From Hemiscyllium ocellatum (lineage: Eukaryota): a stretch of 64,000 nucleotides of DNA. Positions 45,216 through 58,636 of this stretch are shown one piece after another. The position numbers were made by a program, and so were the translations under genes. The DNA is taken from positions 21,328,001-21,392,000 of the forward strand of contig NC_083428.1 of assembly GCF_020745735.1 (NCBI RefSeq), in the 5' to 3' direction. A model generated the notes under the pieces. That model saw nothing but the letters and a program-made list of their open reading frames with translations, made no database searches and was not told the DNA's origin. Each line of letters starts with the position of its first letter. Positions within the stretch are counted from its first letter, which is position 1.

Positions 45216-46532
45216 TGTTGTCCTTGGTTTTTTTAAAAGTGTTTTCTGAGACACAGATTCCGAAATGTTTGGCTTGGTGCACTTGAAGAAGCTTTTAAGT
45301 TTAAAAAAAAACTTGCACAATGAAAGGAGAGTGGCAAGTTCTCCCAGCTCAGCTTTTCTCTGGCTTGGGTTGGTTTGGGTTTTAGCAGTCTGGCTGTACA
45401 GAGGAAGCAGTCAGTCAGGTTTTGAGGCGGCTGGTCAAAGAAACAGTTCCATGCTGGTCCCCTCCCTCTGACATCTCTCCTGTAAGACCCTGTGTTTGAT
45501 TTTATCTTTTTTTGCCAAGTAGAGTTTATGGGGATTGTTTCAGGAATTTGGAACAGCATCATTAAGTTGAGGTTTTTGGATAGGTTAAGTGAAGGCGGGC
45601 ATAAACCGCCCCGTGTTTACCGTGGAGCAAGGCCCACGTCGGGAAAACCAGCAGTATCCATTTTAAGCCAGCAGTATCCATTTTAAAGCAAACAGTATAC
45701 ATTTTAAGACAGCAGCTGCCAGCCCGACCACGTGATTGGGAGAAGGGGACCCAAAGACAGATCCAAATACACACCAGACCAGACACTAGTCAGGACTCCA
45801 GACAATGGTCATGACGCACAGATTGAAACCCACCTTATAATCTCGTCAAGGTCCCAACTGACACACACCCATAACCTGATCATGCAAAACAGTCCTACAC
45901 AAAAGCAAATACCAAACAAACAGGATGAACCTAACATACAGTTTGGAAGTAACAAAGGGGGGTGCTAGCCTCCAGCCCTCACGGAGAGACAAGCAGATAG
46001 CACCTGGACCCATTCACATAAAGATAAACAGCACACCTTTTGTGTATGCTGCCGACTCTCCGAGGACAGCAGGAAGTTGACATTCTCACATACTCCAGCC
46101 ATGAGTACCACCATTCACACTCATTCATACCCAATCTCCTACATCCTGACTCATGAAGTATATAACTTGTAACATCGCACGGGAAACGTTAGAGTGATCG
46201 AGATTCAAACCTTGGTTGGTCTCCGCCGACGTTACATACTTCAATAAAGTTACTGATTGTCGAACCGCACTCTGGGCTCGGACTGAAGATCATTTCATCC
46301 GCGCTAACAATTTTTATTCTATATTTCCTTTCTTTTGTTTGTGTTTCATTCGGTAGTCTTGCAAATAAATTCTGTTTTGTTTAAAACTAATTGGTTGGGC
46401 CACTTGGAATATCCACTTGAAATATCCACTCTTGGAATATCCACTTTACACCTGCTTAAAACAACTCGCCATGTTAGGGTCCGTGCTACTTTATTGAAAT
46501 GCTTTGAGGGGGGTCTGGCCTGGTCCATAACA
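45216..46532 (+). mobile_element. Putative solo LTR (outer), interrupted by a second LTR
   Basis: TGTTGT...ATAACA termini, AATAAA at ~46364; no clear TSD. Confidence 0.55.
45590..46309 (+). mobile_element. Putative young retroviral-type solo LTR (inner, 720 bp)
   Basis: TG...AACA ends, CpG-rich, three ~20-bp direct repeats (45648-45708), ATTGG box, TATATAA (~46159), AATAAA (46244) ~60 bp from the end. Confidence 0.6.
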
Positions 46533-46952
46533 TGGTAAATCTAGAGCATTGCTTTAACCAGGCCTCAGAGCTGCAGTTCCTAGTTGGCTAGCTTCAGCAA
46601 TTTAGGGCAAACCTGAAGATGTTAAAAAACAAATACTCTGGGTTCTCCCTCTTGATCTAACATTGGATGAAGAAAAGATGTGAAGAGTGATGAGCAAGGC
46701 CAGACATTTGCTACCTTTACTCAGCTATCTTCATATATCTGAGGACATCTGATTTTGCAAAGGAAACATTCTTAGAATATTCCTTGCAGGTTCTACTTAA
46801 ATGAAACTGGCAAGTGAGGCAGTTGCCTGTTGGGTTGCCTATTTCAATGGAAGTGCACCTGTATCTCCTTTTCACCAGTCATGATCTGACTCTTACTGGG
46901 CCTGATGCTGCCGTGACTGCTTAGTATCTTTTATGTCCTCCACAACTTGATA

Positions 46953-49402
46953 ATAGAGTCATAGAGATGTACAGCCTATCCATGCCGACCAGATATCCTA
47001 AACTAATCTGGTCTCATTTGCCAGCACTTGGCCCATATCTCTCCAAACCCTTCCTATTCATATGCCCATCCAGATGCTGTTTAAATGTTGCAACTGTACC
47101 AGCCTCCACCACTTCCTCTGGCAGCTCTTACCATACATGCACCAACCTCTGCATGAAAAAGTTGCCCCTTAGGTCTCTTTATATCTTTTCCCTCTCACCC
47201 TAAACCTAGTTTTGGACACACCCCCACAGGGAAAAGACTTTGTCTACTCAACCTATCCATGCCCCTCATGATTTTATAAGCCTCTATAAGGTCACCCTCA
47301 GCCTCCAATGCTCCAGAGAAAACAGCCCCAGCCTATTCAGCATCTCCCTATAGCTCAAATCCTCCAACCCTGGCAACATCCTTGTAAATATTTTCTGAAC
47401 CCTTTCAAGTTTCGCAACATTCTTCTGATAGGAAGGAGACCAGAATTGCACGTAATATTCCAAAGTAGTCTAACCAATGTCCTGTACTGCCGCAACATGG
47501 CTTCCCAACTCCTACACTCAATGCTATGACCAATAAAGGAAAGCATACCAAATGCCTTCTTCACTGTCCTGTCTCCCTGCAACCTTACATTCAAGGAGAC
47601 ATGAACCTGGACTCCAAGCTCTCTTTGTTCAGCAACACTCCCCAGGACCTTACCATTAAGTGTCTAAGTCCTGCTCTGAATTGCTTTTCCAAAATGCAAA
47701 ACCTCTCATTTATCTAAATTAAACTTCATCTGCCACTCCTCAGCCCATTCGCCCATCTGATCAAGATCCCATTGTATTCTGAGGTAACCTTCTTCGCTGT
47801 CCACTACACTTCCAATTTTGGTGTCATCTGCAAACTTACTAACTATACCTCCTATGTTCGCATCCAAATTATTTATATAAATAATGAGAAGTAGTGGACC
47901 CAGCACTGATTCTTGCGGCACACCATTGGTCACAGGCCTCCAGTCTGAAAAGCAACCCTCCACCACCACCCTCTGTCTTCTACCTTCAAGCCAGTTCTGT
48001 ATTCAAATTGCTAGTTCTCCTTGTATTCCATGAGATCTAACCTTGCTAATCAGTCTCCCATGGGGAACCTTGTCGAACGCCTTACTGAAGTCCATGTAGA
48101 TCACGCTCCCTGCTCTGCCTTCATCAATCCTCTTTGTTACTTCTTTGAAAAACTCAATCAAGCTTGTGAAACGATTTCCCACACAGAAAGCCATGTTAAC
48201 TATCACTAACTAGTCCTTGCCTTTCCAAAAACGTGTAAATCCTGTCCCTCAGGATTCCCTCCAACAACTTGCCCACCACTGACGTCAGGCTTACCGGTCT
48301 ATAGTTCCCTGGTTTTTCCTTACCAACTTTCTTAAATAGTGGCACCAAGTTAGCCAACCTCCAGTCTTCCGGCACCTCACCTGTGATTAATAATGATACA
48401 AATATCTTAGCAAGGGTCCCAGCAATCTCCCTAGCTTCCAACAGAGTTCTGGGGTAGACCTGATCAGGTCCTGGGGTTTATCTACCTTGATGCATTTAAA
48501 AACACCTCTTTAATATGGACATTTTTCAAGATGTCATCATCTATTTTCCTATGTTCTATATCTTCCATGTTCTTCTCCACTGTAAATGTTAAACTAAAAT
48601 ACTCATTTAGTATTTCCCTCATGTCCTGCGGCTTCACGCAAAGGCCATCTTGCTGATCTCTATTCTCTCCTTAGTTACTCTTTTTCCTTAATGTTGTTGT
48701 AAAAACCCTTTGGATTCTCCTTAACTCTATTTGCCAAAGCTATCTCATGTCCCCTTTTTACCCTCCTGATTTCCCTCTTAAGTATACTCCTACTGCCTTT
48801 ATACTCTTCTAAGCATTCACTCGATCTATCCTGTCTATACCTGACATATGCTTCCTTCTTTTACTTAACCAAACCCTCAATTTCTTTAGTCATCCACCTT
48901 CCCCTACACTTACCAGCCTTTCCTTTTACCCTCACAGGAATATACGTTCTCTGGACTTACATTATCTTATTTCAGAAGGCTTCCCATTTTCCAGCTGTCC
49001 CTTTACTTGTAAACATCTGTGCCCAATCAGCTTTTGAAAGTTCTTGCCTAATTGTCAAAATTGGCCTTCCTCCAGTTTAGAACTTCAACTTTTATATCTG
49101 ATCTATCCTTTTCCATCACTATTTTAAAACTAATACAATTATGGTCGCTGGCCTAAAAGTGCTGCCCCACTGACACCTCAGTCATCTGCCCTGCCTTATT
49201 TCCCAAGAGTACATCAAGTTTTGCACCTACTCTAGTAGGTACATCCACGTACTGAATCAGAAAATTTTCTTGCGCACACTTAACAAATTCCTTTCCATCT
49301 AAACCCTTAACACCTTGGCAGTCCCAGTCTATGTATGGAAAGTTAAAATCCCCTACCATAACCACCCTGTTATTCTTACAGATAATTGCAATTTCCTTAC
49401 AT
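46953..49402 (-). mobile_element. CR1/HER1-type LINE ORF2 (endonuclease + RT + 3' end), disrupted
   Basis: VMVGDFNFPYIDW, PTRVGAKLDVLLGN, PGNYRPVSLTSVVGK, MDFSKAFDKVPH, GVPQESVLGP, KFADDTK. Confidence 0.95.
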
Positions 49403-49983
49403 TTCAACAAGGCGGAATAGATGTGGTGATAGCAGCCTCAGTTGAATCCACTGCAAATAAGCTGCTGCATCTGGCTCAACATGGCTACTTGTGCAAGTTA
49501 TAATTGCATTGTAGATAACTAAGCCTGACCTGGAGGCTCCTCTCATTCACTTCCCTGCATGTTAAATCTGGCGAAGATTAGAGACCTGTGACTCTAAAGC
49601 AGCAACCTGAACATTACAAAGCCCTCATTCCATGTGCCTTCTGACATCCTGTTATGTGACCCTTTTCCTGCTAGCACATAAAGAGCATTGAGCTTTCATA
49701 CGTTTTCAAAGATTACCCCAATTCCCAAATGCTCGTGGTGCATCCCAGCACAGTGTAGAACTGTGATTGGCATTTGCATCTACAGTTGTTGGAAGCTTGC
49801 TTTGAACACACAACTTTATATATAGATGTTAGTGTGGCAGTAATTCCAGATCTTGAAGGCAGTTACCAACTTTATAGAAAGGACACTGACATAAGAGGTT
49901 TCCAAAACGAAGAGTGAGATTTACCTAATATCATGAAACAGGTGATCTGGCAATTATTACATTACCTTTTCATGAACCTTTTG

Positions 49984-51115
49984 TGTGCCATTGTTTAAGA
50001 AGGGCGGTAACGACAAGCCAGGGAACGATAGACAGGCGAGCCTGACCTCAGTGGTGGGCAAGTTGTTGGAGGGAATCCTGAGGGACAGGATGTACATGTA
50101 TTTGGAAAGGCGAGGAATGATTCAGGATTGTCAACATGGCTTTGTGCGTGGGAAATCATGTCTCACAAACTTGATTGAGTATTTTGAAGAAGTAACAAAG
50201 AAGATTGATGAGGGCAGAGCAGTAGATGTGATCTATATGGACTTCACTAACGCATTCAACAAGTTTCCCCATGGGAGACTGATTAGCAAGGTTAGATCTC
50301 ATGGAATACAGGGAGAACTAGCCATTTGGATACAGACCGGCTCAAAGGTAGAAGACAGAGGGTGGTAGTGGAGGGTTGTTTTCAGATAGGAGGCCTGTGA
50401 CCAGTGGAGTGCCACAAGGATCAGTGCTGGGTCCACTACTTTTCATTATTTATATAAATGATTTGGATGCAAGCATAAGAGGTACAGTTAGTAAGTTTGC
50501 AGATGACACCAAAATTGGAGGTGTAGTGGACAGCGAAGAGGGTTACCTCAGATTACAACAGGATCTGGACCAGATGGGCCAATGGGCTGAGAAGTGGCAG
50601 ATGAAGTTTAATTCAGATAAATGCAAGGTGCTGCATTTTGGGAAAGCAAATCTTAGCAGGACGTATACACTTAATGGTAAGGTCATAGGGAGTGTTGCTG
50701 AATAAAGAGACCTTGGAGTGCAGGTTCATAGCTCCTTGAAAGTGGAGTCGCAGGTAAATAGGATAGTGAAGAAGGGGTTTGGTATGCTTTCCTTTATTGC
50801 TCAGAGTATTGAGTACAGGAGTTGGGAGGCCATGTTGCGGCTGTACAGGACATTGATTAGGGCACTGTTGGAATATTGCGTGCAATTCTGGGCTCTTTCC
50901 TATCGGAAAGATGTTGTGAAACTTGAAAGGGTTCAGAAAAGATTTACAAGAATGTTGTCAGGGTTGGAGGATTTGAGCTACAGGGAGAGGCTGAACAGGC
51001 TGGGGCTGTTTTCCCTGGAGCGTCGGAGGCTGAGGGGTGACCTTATAGAGATTTACAAAATTATGAGGGGCATAGCTAGGATAAATAGACCAAGTCTTTT
51101 CCCTGGGTTCGGGGA
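49984..51115 (+). mobile_element. CR1/HER1-type LINE RT fragment
   Basis: [52 protein letters not shown]; frameshifted. Confidence 0.95.
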
Positions 51116-51219
51116 TTTCTATATCACAATGGTGACCACTCTGCAAAAGTACTTAACAGCATATAAAGCACTTTAGGATGTCTGAAGGCAGTGAGAGGCT
51201 GCATATCATTTTTAAAAAA

Positions 51220-52675
51220 GACTGTAAATGTGGGAAATTGAAACAAAAACAGAAATTGCTGTGAAAACTCAGTAAGTCATAGAATCCCTACAGTATGGAA
51301 GCATGCCATTCGGCCCATCAAGTCCATACTAACCCTTCAAAGAGCATCCCACCCAGACCTACCCTCCATATTTCTGTAACACTGCATTTCCCATGGCTTA
51401 CCCACCAGTCTGCACACCCCTGGCTGCTATTGGCAATTTAGCATGGCTAATCCATCCAACCTGCACATCTTTGGACTGTTGGACTATGGGAGGAATCTAG
51501 AGCATCCAGAGCAAACCAATGCAGACACAGGGAGAATAAGCAAACTCCACACAGACAGTTGTCTGAGGTGGAATCAAACCTAGGTCCCTGGCACTGTGAG
51601 GCAGCAGTACTAACCACTGAGCCACCCTGCCAGCTAAGATCTGGCAGGATCTGTGGTGACAAAGCAGACTGAATGTTTCAGGTCCCATGACCTTTCCTCA
51701 GAACCGATTGCAGCTAGGGAAAGGTTGGTGTATCTGTTGAAGATGGGGTAGGGAGAGGGAGGACAAGTAAAAAACAGTTGGAGGAGGAGCCCAGAGAAAG
51801 AGAACAATGGTTGGACATTAAACCTTAAGTTATTTCGAGAAAGTGACTTAAAAGGAATTTACATATTAATGAATTGAAACCTGCAACCCATTCTAAATGA
51901 TGAAAGAGTTAACAACAATGTAGGTTTGTTCAATATATCATTTCATTATATTTACATGACAACATAATCTTTTGCTATAAATTCTATGTCTTATGGTCCT
52001 GCTCCACAACTACTTGATGAAGGAGCAGCGCTCCAAAAGCTAGTGCTTCTAAAAAACCTTCTAAATATAACCTGGTGTTGTGTGATTTTTAACTAACGGT
52101 TGGACAGACACAGAAACAGATAAAGGTCAATTATAGCTGCTAGTTGGACCCATTAGTAGCTGACAATGGGTTGTGTGTGTTAGCAGCTCATGTGATGACA
52201 TGGCGTGTGTGCAAGGGTTGGGGTAAGGACGTGGGAGAATGTGCTCTGGCCCTAAAATTATTGAACTTAAAATTGAGCCCCAAAGGCTGCAGGTTCCCCA
52301 AGAAGAAAATGAGGTGTAGTTTTTCTAGTTTGCACTGAGTTTTGCTGCAGCAAGCCTGAGACAGACGGTTTGCCAGGGAACGCAGTGATATGTTGAAGTG
52401 GTAGGCGGTGGGAAGCTCAGGGTCATTTTTGTGGATAGAACATAGATGTTCTGCAAAGTGGTCGTCCAGTCTACGTTTCGTCTCCCCAGTGTAGAGGAGA
52501 TTAGATTAATTGAAGTGCAGGTAACTTGCTGCTTCACCTGGAAGGTGTGTCTGCAGCCTTGGATAGTTAGGAGGGAAGAAGTAAACGGGCAAGTATCACA
52601 CCTTTTGCTTTGTCTACATAGGTGCTGCCAGACCTGCTGCAGTTCACCAGCAATTTCTGTTTTTGCTTCTGCATA
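51220..52675 (-). mobile_element. Neptune-type Penelope fragment with nested SINE and nested repeat (51815-52095, +)
   Basis: HTFQVKQQVTCTSINLI...; hammerhead-like tail at 51669-51704; inverted short tail at ~52610-52675. Confidence 0.7.
51277..51630 (-). mobile_element. HE1-type SINE nested in a Penelope-like tail
   Basis: V-domain and head on -; host sequence gaaaactcag...gatctggcag resumes on both sides. Confidence 0.85.
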
Positions 52676-53719
52676 ATTAAAGTTTTCCTTTTCTTTCATT
52701 TTACCAATTTCATTGAGTCTTTAGGAGAAATCCATCAGCCAAGTGGTTGACGGCAATCATCAGATACCATCTGCCTAGATTTCAGAAAACCTTTGATAAA
52801 GAAACGTATAATAGAATCTAGTGGAATTAGTGATAATCTGCGGCAATGAATTTTGAGTTGGATCAATGGCCAGAGTCAGAAATAACAACAACAATAAAAA
52901 AAAACTTAAGGCATTTCACAGGCATAAAAGTCAGAAAAATAAGGATTCCACCTTAAAATAAAAGCCATTAGGATGAAAAGGTTGGTGGGGAAGAATAGGA
53001 ACGCATATAAAGCTATATGAAAAGTTTTCTTAATGCGGCCAGGAAAAGTAGGCATATTCTTCCAGGACTCTTAAAGTTATGCTGGTCATCTGCTGTCAAC
53101 TGCACCATTCATTTTCAGCCCCAGAGTGGCTTACTCTGGCTCCTGCCTCCTCCTGACATAATTTCTCGCAGTTACAACATTGAGCTTCATGATAATGATC
53201 TGCCTGCAGTCAGCCAGTTAGTTATTTACATTCATTTTTACATGAAAAGATTGTTAGTAGAATGCTGGGGCTGGAAGTAATCCACAATTGAATGTTGTAG
53301 ACAAGAGAAGGTCCAACAATATGTGCTGAGGGTTACATTAAACCTTGGACAACTGTACCAAAGGTTCAGAGTAGACCGGCCATTGTTCAGGGCCTTTCCA
53401 CTGTAGTATACTGAGGGGTTGGAGAAAATATAAAAACACTTGGACCAGAAAATGTTTGACATGAAATGCAATTTTACACTGACAATATACCTTGTAATGG
53501 CAAGTGTCATGAGGTATATAATTTACTGTATTGAACAACACTGATCTGTACAGGATTTTATGTAAAGGTCAAATTTGAGCTGTTATATATTGTACCTTTA
53601 CAAATTATATGAACAAAGGATACTTTTGTAAGATAAAGTTTATAGACAAATCAGTTTTATGCTCAAAGGCAACATATGTTGTGCAAGCTTGTGAATTTGC
53701 ATATCTCTAGTAGAAGTGC

Positions 53720-56060
53720 AAGGATACCAAATCTCAAAGGGAACAATTATTTATACTGCAAGAGAAGTGGGTACTGATTGCTTGGATTCTGGTTGGTAGA
53801 GCCATTGTCATGGAAAACACACCCAGGAACAATGACCTGCCAAACGTTTGCTTCAATTCAAAGCAAGCAAGTTGATTCTGATTAGTCAAGGCATTGCCAT
53901 GGGGAATGCACCAGGGAATGGCTGTTCCCCAAACCTGTGTGGCTATTGCATAATACCACTGTAAAATAGCTTGATCTGTTGGTTAAACTTTTGAGACATT
54001 TTACCATTAGAGGGTAATCTGAGTTAGACTGAGTACTTTTAGGACTGAATGTTGTGGCCTCCAGCCCATTCTTGAGTTTGTGTGATGAATAGCAATCAGT
54101 GATCTAATCAGAGTAGTAGGATAGCTTTGACGCACCCTATTTTGCCATCAGTTTTGCATGCTGAGCAAATGACTTGGGTCCTATTTATTAAGTTGTTGAT
54201 AAAGCCAATGTTAGGACTTGTAGAACTGTAGGAATCCCAATGCATGTACTGACAAGTGAAGATAAACATGTGTTGACAAGAATAGAAAACCCTTTAGCAG
54301 ATTTCTCTATGAGCATTTTGAGAAAAAGGAGCTCAATTGACTTCTCCATTTTAAAGGTAAATATGAGCACAGGATGGAGCTCATTAAGGCAGGTAAGGAG
54401 GTTCTTGTATAATTCTGCATTGAAATATAACAAATGCATCATTTATGCACTGGAACTATGCAAGGGGTAGGAAGTTAGGGGTCATTCCATTGTAATATAT
54501 TTCTCATGAAAACTGATGAAGATGATAGTGAGAGTTAGCATGAGGGCCATGGCAACACCATCTAATTAGATATACGTGCTATCATTAAAAATGAACTCAG
54601 TTCCACAAGTTGCTAAGTTCATGAATTCAATAGTTCAATCAGTACAAATTCAGACAATAGATCTAGCCACTGATAGGGTGATATTGTGCAAATGTCTATC
54701 GCTGCCTTGAGTGGTACTTCAATTAAAAAGGTTAACAATGTCAACTAAGCACATGAACATGATATTGCTATTGACAGGCAAGTCCTATAAAGGCATCACA
54801 AAGTCAAAGGAATCCTTCAATGTTGTATGATGTTATGACTAGGTGGGAAGGAATGAATTGGCTTCCATCTTTGTTTGGTCACAACATAGCTATATTTTGC
54901 TTCAATAAAGATGTGCTGAGCTAATTTATCAGAAACAATTAAGACATCAGTTATATTTTCTTGAGTGAAAAGCAATAACAATCTAATGACTGACCCTGAG
55001 AAAAATAATAACAAAGCAAAATCAAACACAAACACAGTTACAAAATTTGAAAGGGGATAATGTCAAGTATCAAAAGAAATTTAAAAGAATATGCAGTTTA
55101 AAGTCCTCAGGATGTTCCTGAGTTATTAGGTTTTAACCGTGATCATGGTTGGTTAGATATGTCCTGAATCAATGGCAGCCGTGAATAGCTTTGAGATTTT
55201 GGTGATCAGAATTTCACAACAGTTTGCTATTATCTGGGTCTTTGTCCATTGACAGGCCAAGTGGAAATAGGGAAAGAGAAAGAAACGTCTGTAGTTCCAG
55301 ATCCATCTCCCTGCACTGTCAATAAAAGCTCCGTGAAATACAGCTGGTTTGTGTATTCCAATGTTTAAGTTTCTTGCTTTCAAGCTGGTTAATTGTCGGC
55401 AATTTTTAACACCTCCAACATATGAACTTTCCAAAAAGATGTACATGAAACATGCGAATCTGGTTTACCATTTTCATTTTCTACAATGACATGTTAATTT
55501 CAGTTCAGGCTGGTTCTTGTTTATTGTTGAACTCATGAAGTTTGGCTCACTGATCAAGTAAACATTGTGGCTAGTGCTTAGCATTTCCCGCACTCTATTT
55601 TTTTTCTTATGTTTCTCTGTTGAAGGAGGCAACTCATGTCATGGTCAAAACAAGCAAGATGATATTATAATCTTTAGCTGAAATGACAAAAGTTGGCTGT
55701 CAGCACATTAGGTAATTTTGGCTGAAACTCAGTGTTTTTTCCTCTTTATTCCATTTCTGTCTAGGGAAATCCCAGGCATCAAAATCAGATGATGGAAGTC
55801 AGAAATTGTTAGTGCGTATAGAACAATGAAAAACCTGCTTTGAACTGATTGCAACAATTGCCCTCAACCATTTAGTCAATTCATAATTTGCAGAACCAGT
55901 CATGTATAAGCTAGGGCATGAAGGGACATCATTTTTGAATATCTTGGGCAGCCATCCATACTTGAACATGAGGATAAATTTTATCATTTACTGCATCTTT
56001 AGCAGTGTGCAAGTTCTGCATTGCCAAACAACAATTAGTTTTTTTTTAAAATAGAAAGGG
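53720..56060 (-). mobile_element. Decayed Penelope-like RT in two pieces (55790-56060 and 54050-54800) plus probable 3' tail
   Basis: YGWLPKIFKNDVP..P.LYMTGSANYELTKWL; DGVAM; LNELHPVLIFTFKMEKSIELLFL: typical PLE RT motifs. Confidence 0.7.
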
Positions 56061-56649
56061 ACTGAGTCATGTAGACACTACTCAGTTTCACAAACAAATG
56101 CTGGTTACTTAGGTGTGAGACAGTTGTTGAGGAGTGGGAAACCTCTGGCCCGCCATCTCTCCTGGCCATCTCTGTGTTATGGTTTGTAGCAGCAAAAGAT
56201 CATCATGCACATACTTTCTCTTCCAAAGCTGACTAAAACTTTTTCCAACAAGGCAAATTCCATTTTCTGGTTTGTAAAAAGGTCGATTTAATTTCCAATC
56301 TTGTCAGTTACTGAAATGACCAGACTATAACATACTAAGCTTAGCATTTCCTGCACTGTGATTTTTTTTCTCTCACTTTCCTGTGTTAAAGGCAGTGACT
56401 CGTGCTTGTGTCATGTCAGAACAGGCAAGAGGATATTATAAATTTTAACTGAAATGGACAAAAGTTAGTTGACAGCACATCAGAAGATTTTGGCAATATC
56501 AACTCCAGACATTACCTGAAACTCAAAATCAAATACACATTAAAACTCATAAGGCCTTTTGTTAAGGATGAACTGTAAACAGGTCAAGACTTTTATAAAT
56601 CAGCCAACTTGTTCCACTGGACCCACAGATTCTTCCAAACACAGTGTCG

Positions 56650-56766
56650 TTTTATGAAAGTTAAAAATCACACAACACCAGGTTATAGTCCTGGTATTGT
56701 GTGATTTTTTAACTTTGTCTGCTCCAGTCCAACACTGGCACCTCCACATCATGGCTTTTATGAAAG
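56650..56766. mobile_element. Tiny fold-back Penelope-tail insertion with 11-bp TSD
   Basis: TTTTATGAAAG at 56650-60 and 56756-66; internal hairpin 56657-56716. Confidence 0.8.
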
Positions 56767-57784
56767 AACATCAAAGGATTATTTGAACTAAATGGGAAGA
56801 GAGACACACCCTAGCTGTGTCTCAAAGAATGGAAGACCACCACAAAGAATTTGCATTGGCCCAACGCATGATATGTTATGGAAGAAGGGCTTTGGACTGG
56901 TAAGAGGATCACACTGTTAAGCCAGCCATATTTGTGATCTGCCTTTAACAATAATGGCAGAGCAACCTATGAATGCCACCTAGTGGTAATAAGAGCAGAA
57001 GAAAAGCCGATATCATTCCTCAGACACAGGAAGCAGCTGACTATTTAAAGATGGTGCCGCAGAATGTAAAATAAAGTCCCATGTACAAAAAAAACTTTCT
57101 TGTTTTGAAGTTGATTGCTCTTCTTTGCAATATCACTTTCCTGCTTCCCAACAGCCATCCAATCTTCCACCCACTTCCCTGCAGCATTCCTATCCCCTCC
57201 CATCCCCTGGCTTTCCTCGTGCTCACAGGTCACAAGGAGGCTAGTTCTTGTGCCTCCCCTACCCTGTCCACTCATTCACCCGATGACAGTCTTTGTCCTA
57301 GTTTTGCCAAGCCCCTAATCCCAGCCTCGCTTCCACAGCTCCTCATCAGCAGTGCATGTATATGGAATGCGGTGACATCATCGGCACATGTGCAGCCATT
57401 TTCAGCTGCCATTTCCAGCTGCCTCTACTGCCACAGCCATTGACAAACTGTGGATATTCATTTTGAACAGTGAAACATTATGAGAAATCTCACCTGAAAG
57501 ACCAGCTGAAAAGTCAGAAAAAATGATCACCTTTACCAATCAGTTCCATCGACAAATTCGACTGAAAGTCAATCTCCTGAGAATTCAACTACCAGAAACC
57601 TCACAGCTCATTGAAAAAGTTTTACCAGACCGACACGCTGGTTGAAGAATCAATTTAACTAAGAAACTACAAGGTGGTTACATATGAGATTGAACTTGTT
57701 ATAACATACGATTGTAATCTTTCTTTTCATTTGTATATAATCATCTGCATGAGATGTCATATTTAAAAAATAACTTCCAGAACA

Positions 57785-58636
57785 GAAGAGATTATCTAAG
57801 ATTACAAAGAGATCTTGATTATTTGGAGGAGTGACAGATGGACTTTAATTTGGATAAATGTGAAGTATTGCATTCTGGTAAAACAAACAAGGTCTGGACT
57901 TATACAATTAATGGTCAGGCTCTTGGTAGTGTGGTAGAACAGAGAGACCTAGGGGTTCACGTACATTATTCTTTGAAATGTGCATCACAGGTAGACAGGT
58001 TGGTTAAGAAGGCATTTTACATGCTTGCCTTCATTACTCAGACTTTTGAGTATAGGAGTTGGGATGTCATGTTGAGGTTATACAGGACATTGGTTAGGCC
58101 TTTTCTGGAATACTGTGTTCAGTTTTGGTTACCCTGTTATAGAGAAGACATTATTAAACTGGAGACAGTTCAGAAAAGATTTTCCAGGATATTGCTGGGA
58201 ATGGTGGTTTGTGTTATAAAAATAGGCTGGAGAGGATGGGAATTTTTTCACTGGGGGGTAGGAGGTTGAAGGGTGACCTTTTGATTTTATAAACCTCTAT
58301 GCGGGGCATAGGTAAGATGAATAGTAAAGGTCTTTTGCCTAAGGCAGGGGAACTGCAAAACCAGGGGGCTTATTTTTAGGTTGAGAGGAGAAAGATTTAA
58401 AAAGGACATGAGGGGGCAACCTTTTTACAAAGAGAGTGATTTGTGTGTGGAATGAATTGCTAGAGGAAGTGGTAGGTGCAGGTACAGTTACAATGTTTAA
58501 AAGATGTTTGGATAAATACATGAATAGGAAGGATATGGGCCAAACACAGTCAGGTGGGACATGTTTAGTTTAGGAACATGGTCAGTGTGGATGGATTGGA
58601 CTGAAGGGTCAGTTTCTATGCTGTATGACTCTATGA
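57785..58636 (+). mobile_element. CR1/HER1-type LINE 3' portion
   Basis: MDFNLDKCEVLH...EQRDLGVHV...LYRTLVRPFLEYCVQFW; tail tatgactctatgac. Confidence 0.9.

Noticed and set aside
45648-46447. Short direct repeats as CRISPR-like array
   Set aside because: Eukaryotic LTR-internal tandem repeats with no spacers
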